A stretch of DNA of 64,000 nt from Thermoanaerobaculia bacterium (GCA_036522835.1 DATDFB010000057.1:3906-67905), one strand, 5' to 3'. Shown: positions 42,874 through 51,571, numbered from the stretch's first letter. Numbers and translations: made by a program. The notes: generated by a model not told the origin, from the letters alone.

Positions 42874-43079
42874 GCAGAACGCTCGCACTCTGCCAACGCT
42901 CGGGAGAACGACCGGGAGGCCTCCGGCGGGCGGGCACGGCCCGCAGCGTTTGTTGGCGCGCAAATCATGTTTCCTGCGAAACCCGTACGTTCGGCCGGAG
43001 GCAACCAGCGCTGCGGGCCGCGCCCGCCCGCCGGAGGCCCTTCGTCGTCCCCTGCGTTGGCAGAGTGCGAGCGTTCTGC
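42874..43079. repeat. 206-bp nested palindrome (MITE-like or structured-RNA-like) between the ccsA-like gene and hemA
   Basis: Outer arms form a perfect 26-bp inverted repeat: gcagaacgctcgcactctgccaacgc (42874-42899) / gcgttggcagagtgcgagcgttctgc (43054-43079). Inner arms 42914-42948 / 43009-43040 are about 32 bp with 1-2 mismatches. About 60-nt central region. Confidence 0.85.
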
Positions 43080-43092
43080 ACGGGAGGGCGAC

Positions 43093-44355
43093 ATGGCCCT
43101 GATCGCCATCGGCCTCAACCACCGCACTGCCCCCGTGGACGTGCGCGAGCGGCTCAGCGTGGCCGAGTCGAAGCTGCCGGAGTTGATCGCGAGCCTCACG
43201 GCCATGAGCGGCGTCGACGGCGGCGCCATCGTCTCGACCTGCAACCGCGTCGAGACCTACGTCTCCGCCTCGAGCGAAGACATCATCGAAGCGGTCGTCG
43301 ACTGGCTCGCCGAGCGCGCCGGCGCCGACCGGGCCGAGATCGAGAAGCACCTCTACATCCTTCGCCACGGCGACGTGGTCAAGCACCTCTTCCGCGTGGC
43401 CGCGGGGCTCGACTCGATGATTGTCGGCGAGCCGCAGATCCACGGCCAGGTGCGCGCGGCGTTCCTGGAGTCGCAGCGCTGCGGCGCGCTCGACGCACTG
43501 CTGATGCACGTCTTCGAGCAGACCATGCGCGTGGCCAAGAAGATCCGCACCGACACCGGCATCGGCGAGCACGCCGTCTCCGTGCCGTACGCCGCGGTGG
43601 AGCTGGCGAAGAAGATCTTCGGCGAGCTCGACGGCCTGCAGGCGCTGCTCCTCGGCGCGGGCGACATCGGCGAGCTAACGGCGGAGCACCTCGCGGGCTC
43701 GGGTGTGCGCCAGATCTTCGTGGCCAACCGCGCCTACGAGCGCGGCGTGCAGCTCGCCGAGCGCTTCGGCGGCGCGGCCATCCAGTTCAGCGCTGTCGAG
43801 CCGTACCTGGCCACGTGCGACATCGTCATCGCCTCGACCGCAGCGCCGCACTTCGTCATCGAGCGCGGCCAGGTCGCGCGCGCGCTGGAGTCGCGGAAGA
43901 TGAAGAACCTCTTCCTCATCGACCTGAGCGTGCCGCGCAACATCGACCCGGCCATCGCCAAGGTCGAGGGCGCCTATCTCTACAACATCGACGACCTCCA
44001 GCTCGTGGCCGAGTCGAACCGCGAGCTGCGCATGAAGAAGGCCCAGCAGGCGGAGGAGATCGTGGCGCGCGAGGTGGAGTCGTTCCGCCGCCGCATCGCC
44101 GCCATGGACGCGGTGCCGACGATCGTCGAGCTGCAGCAGCGCCTCGAGGAGATCCGCGCCACGGAGCTGGAACGGTGCCTCCGCCGCGTCGGCCCGATCA
44201 CCGCCGAGCAGCGCGAGGCCATCGAGATGATGACCACGCAGATGGTCAACAAGATCCTCCACTACCCGATCCTCCAGCTCAAGGAAGCCGACGAGCCGCA
44301 GGAGCAGCGCGAGTCGCTCCGCAAGACGATTCGAAAGATCTTCGGGCTGCGATGA
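43093..44355 (+). CDS. hemA: Glutamyl-tRNA reductase
   Basis: In-frame part of track ORF 42967..44355 from MALIAIGLNHRTAPVDVRERLSV. SD GGGAGGG at 43082-43088. STCNRVE catalytic Cys motif and LLGAGDIGELTAEHL NADPH site. Confidence 0.95.
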   Translation: MALIAIGLNHRTAPVDVRERLSVAESKLPELIASLTAMSGVDGGAIVSTCNRVETYVSASSEDIIEAVVDWLAERAGADRAEIEKHLYILRHGDVVKHLFRVAAGLDSMIVGEPQIHGQVRAAFLESQRCGALDALLMHVFEQTMRVAKKIRTDTGIGEHAVSVPYAAVELAKKIFGELDGLQALLLGAGDIGELTAEHLAGSGVRQIFVANRAYERGVQLAERFGGAAIQFSAVEPYLATCDIVIASTAAPHFVIERGQVARALESRKMKNLFLIDLSVPRNIDPAIAKVEGAYLYNIDDLQLVAESNRELRMKKAQQAEEIVAREVESFRRRIAAMDAVPTIVELQQRLEEIRATELERCLRRVGPITAEQREAIEMMTTQMVNKILHYPILQLKEADEPQEQRESLRKTIRKIFGLR

Positions 44356-45356
44356 GCGAGACAATCCGCATCGGCACGCGCGGCAGCCAACTCGCGCTCT
44401 GGCAAGCCAACGAAGTGTCGAACCGGCTCAGCGAAATCGGCTACCGGCCGGAGATCGCGGTCATCAAGACGACGGGCGACAAGCGCACCGACGTGCCGCT
44501 GTCGTCGGTCGGCGGCAAGGGCCTCTTCATCAAGGAGCTCGAGGAGGCGCTGGCGCGGCGCGAGATCGATGTGGCCGTGCACTCGCTCAAGGACGTGCCG
44601 TCGCTCGTCCCCGAGCCGTTCGTGCTGGCCGGCTTCCTCGAGCGCGCCGACGCCCGCGACGCCTGGGTGCAGCTCGACGGCACGCGCATCGAGGAGCTGG
44701 CTGCAGGCGCGGTCGTCGGCACGAGCGCGCCGCGGCGGCGCGCGCAACTGCGGCTGCTCTTTCCGTCGCTCACGCTCGAGGAGATGCGCGGCAACGTCGA
44801 CACGCGCATCAATAAACTGCGCGCCGGCTTGTACGACGGCGCGGTGCTGGCGTCGGCCGGACTCATTCGACTCGGCCGTTCCAGCGAGATCACCGCGCAG
44901 TTCGACGTCGACCAGATGGTGCCGGCCGCGGGGCAGGGCATCGTCACGATCGAGTGCAACAAAGACGACGATCGCGCGCGCCAGGCCGCCGCGGCGATCA
45001 ACCACCATCCCAGCGAGGCCGCGGCGCGCGCCGAGCGCGGCGTGCTGCAGAAGTTCGGCGAGGCGCTCGACTGCTACTCCGCCGTGGCCGTGCATGCGAC
45101 GTGGGCCCGTGTCATTCCGCGTCGCGAAGACGGCGAGGAGTCCCGTGCACACGACGACGGCGATGCTCCGTCGGCAGGAGATCCTTCGCCGTCTTCGCGG
45201 CTCGGGATGACACGTCTCAAGATCCGCGCGTTCTTCGGCGAGCTCGAAGGCGAGCGCCATTTGCACGTCACGCGCGAAGGCGACGAGGCCGACGCCGTCG
45301 TGCAGCAAGTCTTCGACGAGCTCGTCGACCGCGGAGCCATGGAGCTGCTCAAGTGA
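44352..45356 (+). CDS. hemC: Hydroxymethylbilane synthase (porphobilinogen deaminase) with in-frame repeat-derived insertion
   Basis: Last 335 codons of track ORF 42240..45356. ATGA overlap with hemA. IRIGTRGSQLALWQA, HSLKDVP, RGNVDTRINKL, and the cofactor Cys in EALDCYSAV. Contains a 35-codon insert, (R)VIPRREDGEESRAHDDGDAPSAGDPSPSSRLGMTR. Confidence 0.93.
   Translation: MSETIRIGTRGSQLALWQANEVSNRLSEIGYRPEIAVIKTTGDKRTDVPLSSVGGKGLFIKELEEALARREIDVAVHSLKDVPSLVPEPFVLAGFLERADARDAWVQLDGTRIEELAAGAVVGTSAPRRRAQLRLLFPSLTLEEMRGNVDTRINKLRAGLYDGAVLASAGLIRLGRSSEITAQFDVDQMVPAAGQGIVTIECNKDDDRARQAAAAINHHPSEAAARAERGVLQKFGEALDCYSAVAVHATWARVIPRREDGEESRAHDDGDAPSAGDPSPSSRLGMTRLKIRAFFGELEGERHLHVTREGDEADAVVQQVFDELVDRGAMELLK
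45109..45213. repeat. REP-like palindrome (GTGTCATTCC...GGGATGACAC), 105 bp, in frame inside hemC
   Basis: gtgtcattccgcgtcgcgaagacggcgaggagtccc ... ggagatccttcgccgtcttcgcggctcgggatgacac. About 36-bp arms, about 33-nt loop. Length 105 = 35 codons. Confidence 0.88.
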
Positions 45357-46810
45357 AGAGCGGAAAAGTCTTTCTCACCGGCGCCGGCCCGGGCGATCCG
45401 GGGCTCCTGACGACGCTCGCCGCGCAGTTGATCGCGACGGCCGATCTCATCGCCACCGACGCGCTGGTCTCGCGCGAGATCGTGGCGCTCTTTCCGAAAA
45501 CGGCGCAGGTCGTCTACGTCGGCAAACGCGCCAGCGCGCACACGCTGCCGCAGGACCAGATCAATCAGCTCCTCATCGACGAGGCGAAGAAGGGGAAGCG
45601 CGTCGTGCGGCTCAAGGGCGGCGATCCGTTCGTCTTCGGCCGCGGCGGGGAGGAGGCGGAGGAGCTCGCCGCCGCCGGCGTGGAGTTCGAGATCGTCCCC
45701 GGCATCTCCTCGGCGATCGCCGGCCCCGCCTACGCCGGCATTCCGGTCACGCACCGCGCCCACGCCACGTCGGTGACGCTCGTGACCGGCCACGAATCGG
45801 AAGAGTCGACGGGAATCCAATGGGCCGCGCTCGCGCAGCTCAACGGCACGATCGTCTTCATGATGGGTCTCGCCAATCTGCCGCTCATCGCGCGCAAGCT
45901 GCGCGAGCACGGCGTTCCCGGCACGCGCCGCGCCGCGGTGATCTCGCACGCTACGCGTCCCGAGCAGCGCACCGTGGCCGGCACGCTCGACGACATCGAG
46001 TCGCGCGCGGCGGAGGCGAAGATCGAGCCGCCGGCGCTCATCGTGGTGGGCGAGGTCGTGCAGCTCCACGACACGATCGATTGGTTCGAGTCGAAGCCGC
46101 TCTTCGGCCGCCGCGTCGTCGTCACGCGCGCCCGCGAGCAAGCCTCGGATCTGAAGCGCCTCTTCGAGGAGAGCGGCGCGCAGGTCGTGCAGTTTCCGAC
46201 GATCGAGATCGTGCCGCCGGAGTCGTGGGATTCGCTCGACCGCGCCGTCGACGAGGCGTGGGACTGGCTGATCTTCACCTCGACGAACGGCGTGGGCGCC
46301 TTCTTCGAGCGCCTCTTCGCCCGCGGCAAAGACGTGCGGGCGATTGCGCCGAAGATCGCCGCCGTCGGCGAGGCTACGGCCGCGTCGCTGCGCGCGCGCG
46401 GCATCGCGCCCGACGTCGTTCCCGACAAGTTCCTGTCCTCCGCCCTGATTCCGTTGCTGCCCGAGAATCCCGGCCGCACGGCGATCGTCCGCGCGCAGGA
46501 AGGGCGCGACGATCTCCTCGACGCGCTGCGCGGGCGCGGCGCCGAGGTGCATCTGGCGGTGGCGTACCGCAACGTTCCAGTCGTGCACGACAAGGACGAG
46601 CTTCACGACATCGACGTCGTCACGTTCACCAGCGCCTCGACCGTCGACAACTTCTTCGCCAGCGGCGGCAACGCCAACGGCGCGCTCGTGGCCTCGATCG
46701 GCCCGATCACCAGCGAGGCGATCCGGAAGCACGGGCGCGCCGTCGACGTCGAGGCGCCGGCGGCGACGATTCAGGCGCTGCACGACGCGGTGGTGGCGCG
46801 GCTGCGCTAG
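45353..46810 (+). CDS. cobA: Bifunctional uroporphyrinogen-III C-methyltransferase / uroporphyrinogen-III synthase
   Basis: GTG start in GTGA overlap with hemC. GKVFLTGAGPGDPGLLT, RLKGGDPFVFGRGGEE, VPGISSAIAGPAYAGIPVTHR (SUMT). The C-terminal ~235 aa (LFGRRVVVTRAREQASDL...) is HemD-like. Confidence 0.9.
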   Translation: MKSGKVFLTGAGPGDPGLLTTLAAQLIATADLIATDALVSREIVALFPKTAQVVYVGKRASAHTLPQDQINQLLIDEAKKGKRVVRLKGGDPFVFGRGGEEAEELAAAGVEFEIVPGISSAIAGPAYAGIPVTHRAHATSVTLVTGHESEESTGIQWAALAQLNGTIVFMMGLANLPLIARKLREHGVPGTRRAAVISHATRPEQRTVAGTLDDIESRAAEAKIEPPALIVVGEVVQLHDTIDWFESKPLFGRRVVVTRAREQASDLKRLFEESGAQVVQFPTIEIVPPESWDSLDRAVDEAWDWLIFTSTNGVGAFFERLFARGKDVRAIAPKIAAVGEATAASLRARGIAPDVVPDKFLSSALIPLLPENPGRTAIVRAQEGRDDLLDALRGRGAEVHLAVAYRNVPVVHDKDELHDIDVVTFTSASTVDNFFASGGNANGALVASIGPITSEAIRKHGRAVDVEAPAATIQALHDAVVARLR

Positions 46811-47062
46811 CGCCTCGTCAGCCGCAGTACGGCGGGCACTCGCCAGAGGTTGCGCAGCAGCAACAGACCGCGCAGTGAATGTGCTGATGCTCGCACGTAA
46901 ATCGTCACCGTTGTAGTGCGACTCGCACTCGCTCCGTCCCGGTCTCGTTCCAGGTGCCGAACGCGAAGGCAAAACCGGCGCGCCCGTTCAACTTCGCCAA
47001 GGACGGCCGGCGACGCATGGACACATCAGCGGCGCGGCCGCCTGCGCGGTTGGCGGTGTGGC

Positions 47063-50000
47063 ATGCCATACGAATGCCAGTCAGGCTTGGACGCCGCCGC
47101 CCTCAGCTACACTCCGCGCGTGCCGCGCGTCCTCAAAGCCTCGCTCTGGCTGGCCGCCTTCTTTTTCGCCTGCGGTATTTTCCTCGGCACGACGCAACTG
47201 CTTCGGGCCGTGCCGCCGACGCCGCACGTGGCCGTGGGGCGGGTGACGGTCGAGAACGCGTCGAAGCTGCGCGAGTACCTCACGGCGCTCCTCTTTTTCG
47301 TCCTCGTCCCGCCGCTGACGATCGGCCTCTATCGGCTCGGCTCCCGGCAGCTCGAGCGGTTTCCCGGCACCCTTCCCTCGGCACTCTTCGTCGCGCCATT
47401 TTTCCTCGCGCCGTTCCTTTATCTGACGACGTTCAAGTGGGGCTGGCCGCTCATCATCCCGCTCGCGGCGTCGCAGCTCGGCCCGCGCGCGCTGCTGCTC
47501 TTCCGGCGCACGCGCTGGCTGCGACAGCTCCTGGCGATGAAAGCGTTCAACGCCCTCATCGCCGCCGAGGCGCTGGCGTGGATCCTCTTCTTCTACATCG
47601 GCACGTGGCACCGCATCGCCCACATCGCCACGCTCTTTCTCGAGATCGTCTTCGTCGGCTTCTTCATCGCCCTCTTCTGGTGCGCCTTCGCCCTGATCGC
47701 GCGGATCGCCTCGTTCACCGGCGGCATCGACATCGAGGTCGCGTTCCAGAGAGTCGCCGCCGGCGCGCTGCCGCTGATCATCCTGCCGGCGCTCGGCCTT
47801 CGCTTCGTCCCGGCGCACATCGCCATCTCCACGGTCATGGCCGTGACGTTCGCGACGATCGCGATGGTTCTGCAAGGCAAGGAGCCGGTCGATGCGAGGC
47901 GCGTCCGCAACGTCACCGCGTACGTCATCTTCCCGCTCCTCCTCTATTGCGTCAGCTACGCCTCGACCGCGGCGCTCTCGCAGTGGATCGACCTCTTCCA
48001 CCGCGGCGAGTCGCTCGGCCCAGCCTTCGACTACCTCCGCGGCAAAGTCCCGTACCGCGACGTCTTCGTCCTGCACGGCCTGCTCGAGGACGGCCAGCTC
48101 GACGCCTGGCTCTTCCAGCTCTTCGGCCGCAATGCCGGCATCGCCCTGGCGCGGCCCGTGATCCTAGGCTCGTTCGCCGTGCCGGCGCTCTGGTACGTCG
48201 GCATGGCCATCTTCGACTCGATCCCGCTCGCGGCGCTGGTGATGCTCCTCGGGGCCGTGACAACGGTCGACAACGAGCGCGAGTTGTGGGAGATCCTCGT
48301 CCTGGCGCTGCTCCTCGGCGCGCTGCGGCGGAAATCGAAAATGCTCTATGTCCTCAGCGGCGTCGCCGCCGGCGTCACGCTCTTCTTCAGCTTCGACATC
48401 GGCCTCTACTCGATCGCCGGCGGCTTGATCGTTTGTGGAGTGCGGTGGCCACGCCACCGCTCTGACAGCGGCGGCATGGCCGCCGCACTCCAGATCTTCG
48501 GCATCGCGATCGGCACCGCACCGTTCATCGCATATCTGGCGAGCAAAGGTGCCGTTAAAGCCTTCTTCGAAACCTCCTTCGTCACGATCCCGCGAATCAT
48601 CGACGCCGTCTGGTCGCTCCCCTTTCCCGACCTCACCTCCACGTTCCGCAGCAAGAATCTCAACCTCCACACACTCTCCGACTTTTTCCTCTACGAGCAC
48701 TTCCGCTACATCCTCAATCCGCTCGTCATCTGCCTGGCCATTCTGGTGCTGCTGTGGCGGCGCAAGCGGTGGGAGTGGATCGACACCGCCCTCTTCGCGC
48801 TCACGATCTTCGCCGTCCTCACCCAGCGCAGCGCGTTGGGCCGCGCCGACTTCCCGCATCAATACTTCTCCGCGTTTCTCATCGGCCCGATGATCCTCAT
48901 CCTCCTCGTGCTTCTCGCGCGGGCGGGGCAGTGGTCGGTGGCGCTGCTCGTGCCGCTGCTCGCCGTCGTGCTGTGGGTGCCGGACATCGCCAACGGCCGC
49001 ATCGACGACACCTGCCACTACCAGGGCCGCGTCAGCGGCACCATTCGCGACCCGAAGGCGGAGGAGGTGCGCAACCGCATCGACGCCGTGCGCTACTGGG
49101 TCTGGCAGCACAGCAAGCCGAATCAGCCGATCTTCGACTTCTCGAACCAGCCGGCGCTCTACTTCTTCTGCGAGCGGCCGAATCCGACGCGCTTCTACCA
49201 GGTGCCGATCCTCTCGCCGCCGGCGCTGCAGCGCGAGACGATTCTGGCGCTCGAGCGCGCGAAGCCGCCCGTCGTCATCCGGCGCTCGCCGCAGGAGTTC
49301 GACGTCTTCGACGGCATCGACAACGCCATCCGCGCGCAGGCCGTGGCCGCGTATCTCGACGACTTCTACGTCTTCGCCCACACCACGCGCGGCGTCGAGG
49401 TGTGGGTGCGCAAGGCGCCGGCGCCGCAGCTCAATCTCGCCGGTTACATGCGCCGCTACCGCATCCCCACGCTCGAGGAGCTCGGCACGATCGGCGGGCG
49501 CTCGCGCGTCGTCTTCCCGACCGTCGGCACCGTGCCGGGCGTCGGCGGTGCGTACTGGCGCTCCGATTTGATGCTGCACAACCCGTGGAAGGAGACGATC
49601 TCGCTCGACCTCCGTTACGTCGCCGGCGACGTCCGCGCGCACCGCAACGTCATCCTAGGCGCCGGGCAGAGCATCGTCTGGCCCGACGTCGTACGCACGT
49701 TCTTCGGCGCGCCGGAGAGCCGCGGGGTGCTGTGGATCGAGTACCGCGGCACGAACGCGCCCGTCGCGCGGGTGAAGACGTCCGATGTCGCGCACGAGGC
49801 GAAGGCGACGATCGACGCGCCGCTGACGCTCGCCGGCTCCGCGACGGCCGGGACGCCGAGCGACGACCTGACGATTTTCGGCCTCCCCTCGACGAAGGAC
49901 CGGCGGATCAACATCGGCATCGTGAACGTCGGCGCGATTCCGGCCACGTTCCGCATCACGGCGCGCTCGCGCACCGGGCAGCCGATCGGCAGGCCGATCG

Positions 50001-50188
50001 AGGAAGGGCTGGCCGAGGACGAGTCGTACACGCTGACCGACCTCGAGTCGCAGTTGCGCGCGCGGCTCGATGAGACGACGAGCGTGCACGTCGGCGTCGT
50101 GGCCGGGACGTGCATCGCCTACGCGACGGTCGTCGACATCAACGGCGACACGCAGTTCATCGCCGCGCTGCCGTCGCAGCAGCCATGA
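47063..50188 (+). CDS. Large (~1040 aa) polytopic membrane protein with C-terminal soluble beta-rich domain; function unknown
   Basis: Track ORF 46916..50188. The first 49 codons are Arg-rich junk, so the start is taken at ATG 47063 (alternative GTG 47120). More than 15 hydrophobic segments over ~650 aa. The soluble tail has GGAYWRSDLMLHNPWKETISLDLRYV... Contains an in-frame palindromic repeat at 48434-48491. Confidence 0.7.
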   Translation: MPYECQSGLDAAALSYTPRVPRVLKASLWLAAFFFACGIFLGTTQLLRAVPPTPHVAVGRVTVENASKLREYLTALLFFVLVPPLTIGLYRLGSRQLERFPGTLPSALFVAPFFLAPFLYLTTFKWGWPLIIPLAASQLGPRALLLFRRTRWLRQLLAMKAFNALIAAEALAWILFFYIGTWHRIAHIATLFLEIVFVGFFIALFWCAFALIARIASFTGGIDIEVAFQRVAAGALPLIILPALGLRFVPAHIAISTVMAVTFATIAMVLQGKEPVDARRVRNVTAYVIFPLLLYCVSYASTAALSQWIDLFHRGESLGPAFDYLRGKVPYRDVFVLHGLLEDGQLDAWLFQLFGRNAGIALARPVILGSFAVPALWYVGMAIFDSIPLAALVMLLGAVTTVDNERELWEILVLALLLGALRRKSKMLYVLSGVAAGVTLFFSFDIGLYSIAGGLIVCGVRWPRHRSDSGGMAAALQIFGIAIGTAPFIAYLASKGAVKAFFETSFVTIPRIIDAVWSLPFPDLTSTFRSKNLNLHTLSDFFLYEHFRYILNPLVICLAILVLLWRRKRWEWIDTALFALTIFAVLTQRSALGRADFPHQYFSAFLIGPMILILLVLLARAGQWSVALLVPLLAVVLWVPDIANGRIDDTCHYQGRVSGTIRDPKAEEVRNRIDAVRYWVWQHSKPNQPIFDFSNQPALYFFCERPNPTRFYQVPILSPPALQRETILALERAKPPVVIRRSPQEFDVFDGIDNAIRAQAVAAYLDDFYVFAHTTRGVEVWVRKAPAPQLNLAGYMRRYRIPTLEELGTIGGRSRVVFPTVGTVPGVGGAYWRSDLMLHNPWKETISLDLRYVAGDVRAHRNVILGAGQSIVWPDVVRTFFGAPESRGVLWIEYRGTNAPVARVKTSDVAHEAKATIDAPLTLAGSATAGTPSDDLTIFGLPSTKDRRINIGIVNVGAIPATFRITARSRTGQPIGRPIEEGLAEDESYTLTDLESQLRARLDETTSVHVGVVAGTCIAYATVVDINGDTQFIAALPSQQP
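48434..48491. repeat. REP-like double palindrome (TGGAGTGCGG...CCGCACTCCA) in frame inside the large membrane protein gene
   Basis: tgtggagtgcggtggccacgccaccgc-tctgaca-gcggcggcatggccgccgcactcca translates as CGVRWPRHRSDSGGMAAALQ. Confidence 0.85.
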
Positions 50189-50736
50189 TCGAGCTCGCGT
50201 TGCCCTGGGGCGATCGCGCCATCGCCATCCGCGACGTCGACGATCCGGAATCGTGGCTGCGCGGAGACGAGCTCGCGGTCGCGCGCGCCTTCCCGCGCGA
50301 GAAGCGCAGACAGGAGTGGATGCTCGCCCGCGCCGCTGCGAAAGTGCTCGCGCGCCGCCGCGGCCTCGGCGACATCGCCGTCGAGCGCCCGCTCGTGTCG
50401 GTCTCGCACTCAGGCCCGTGGGCCGCGGCGGCGATCGACACGATGCCGGTCGGCATCGACATCGAAGTCGTGCGCGACGTCAGCGAGCGCGCCGCGCGGC
50501 ACTTCCTTACCGAGGAGCAGATCGCGCAGATGGAGTCATGCACGATTCCGCATCGCCTGCTGCACTTCTGGTGCGCAAAGGAGGCGGCATGGAAGCGGCT
50601 GTGCGGCTCGATTCCGTTTCTGAAAGGCGTCCCGCTGACGCTTCTGGAGTGCGGCGGCCATGCCGCCGCTTTCGATTCCGTGGAGACGATCGAGCTCGGC
50701 GGCGTCGTCGTCGCCCTCACGCGCCCCACTTCTTGA
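50185..50736 (+). CDS. 4'-phosphopantetheinyl transferase superfamily protein (Sfp/EntD-like)
   Basis: In-frame part of track ORF 50110..50736 from MIELALPWGD (ATGA overlap with the upstream gene). SVSHSGPWAAAA, PVGIDIEVV, FWCAKEAAWK (W/FxxKEAxxK). Confidence 0.8.
   Translation: MIELALPWGDRAIAIRDVDDPESWLRGDELAVARAFPREKRRQEWMLARAAAKVLARRRGLGDIAVERPLVSVSHSGPWAAAAIDTMPVGIDIEVVRDVSERAARHFLTEEQIAQMESCTIPHRLLHFWCAKEAAWKRLCGSIPFLKGVPLTLLECGGHAAAFDSVETIELGGVVVALTRPTS
50645..50670. repeat. Half copy of the TGGAGTGCGGCGGCCATGCCGCCGCT palindrome in frame in the PPTase gene
   Basis: tggagtgcggcggccatgccgccgct translates as LECGGHAAA near the PPTase C-terminus. Confidence 0.8.
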
Positions 50737-51571
50737 GCAGCGCCCGCGCGTCGTCCACCGCCGCGGCGTTCTCCACCTCGAACTCCGGCGGGTTCGGCGC
50801 GGCGATGGTCTCCTTCAGCATCTGCACCGCCTGCGGCCCAGTGTGGCTGTCGTTGCTCACCATCGCCTCCGCCAGGAACACCTTCGTGATCTTGTTCGTC
50901 GGGTCGACTTTCAGCGACTCGTTGAGAAACCGCACCGCCTCCTTCGACGACGCCCAGCCGGTGAGGAAGGGGATGCGCGGCGTCTGATCGTGCAGGCGGC
51001 CCAGGACGCGCTGGGGAGAGCCGCCGTCCATCCGCGGATCGACGAGCATCGCGATCGTCGCCTCCCGTTTGATGCGGTCGGCGGCGCCCTCGCGCGCGGC
51101 GGCCATCTTGCCGTAGGCAAGCGCCCACTCGCCCCAGTTGATCGCGTCCCAGAGGAACGTTTCGCCGGCGCCGGGGATGGTGCGCGCGACGTCGGCGACG
51201 CGCTTCTCCGTCGCCTTCGCCACCGAGGTCACGCCTTTCGCTTTCAGCAGATTGTCGACAACGGCGAGCGCGCCTTCGCCGGCCTTCTTCGCGTCACCGT
51301 AAATTTTCTTCTTCTCGTCGTTCGACGCGGCGACGTACGCGCCCTTGAAGCGGTACGCGCGCAGCAGCTTCCAGCGCGCCTCGACGTCGTTCGGGCTCGC
51401 GGCGACGGCGCGCTGGTACGCGGCGATGGCGGCATCGATCTGCGCCGCCTTGGCCCTCCCGCCCACGTGCCCCTCGGCGCGCGCATTCCAATGCTGGTCG
51501 CCCTCCGCAACCTGCGCCAGCGCGGCGACGGGCATCGTGAGAGCGAGGAGCGCGATGAAGATGTTTCGCAT
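50717..51571 (-). CDS. Exported helical-repeat (TPR-like, TatT-family-like) protein
   Basis: In-frame part of track ORF 50717..52021 from MRNIFIALLALTMPVAALAQ (ATG at complement 51569-51571). Helical repeats. FLWDAINWGEWALAYGK and GSPQRVLGRLH resemble TatT-type TPR proteins. Weak family call. Confidence 0.6.
   Translation of the reverse strand: MRNIFIALLALTMPVAALAQVAEGDQHWNARAEGHVGGRAKAAQIDAAIAAYQRAVAASPNDVEARWKLLRAYRFKGAYVAASNDEKKKIYGDAKKAGEGALAVVDNLLKAKGVTSVAKATEKRVADVARTIPGAGETFLWDAINWGEWALAYGKMAAAREGAADRIKREATIAMLVDPRMDGGSPQRVLGRLHDQTPRIPFLTGWASSKEAVRFLNESLKVDPTNKITKVFLAEAMVSNDSHTGPQAVQMLKETIAAPNPPEFEVENAAAVDDARALLKKWGA

Noticed and set aside
42240-44351. N-terminal 700 codons of the 1038-aa ORF 42240..45356
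   Set aside because: Only the last 335 codons are HemC. The upstream portion overlaps the ccsA-like gene and hemA in other frames and has no motifs.
46818-47018. Selenoprotein or RiPP-precursor idea: a 37-codon minus-strand ORF whose TGA is followed in frame by a Cys-rich 27-codon stretch (CEHQHIHCAVCCCCATSGECPPYCG)
   Set aside because: The Cys-rich part has no start codon of its own. I see no convincing SECIS-like hairpin right after the TGA (only a 4-bp GTGC/GCAC stem). The CCCC run comes from a simple (TGC)n-like tract, and no maturation enzymes are adjacent. Kept only as a low-interest note under the spacer finding.
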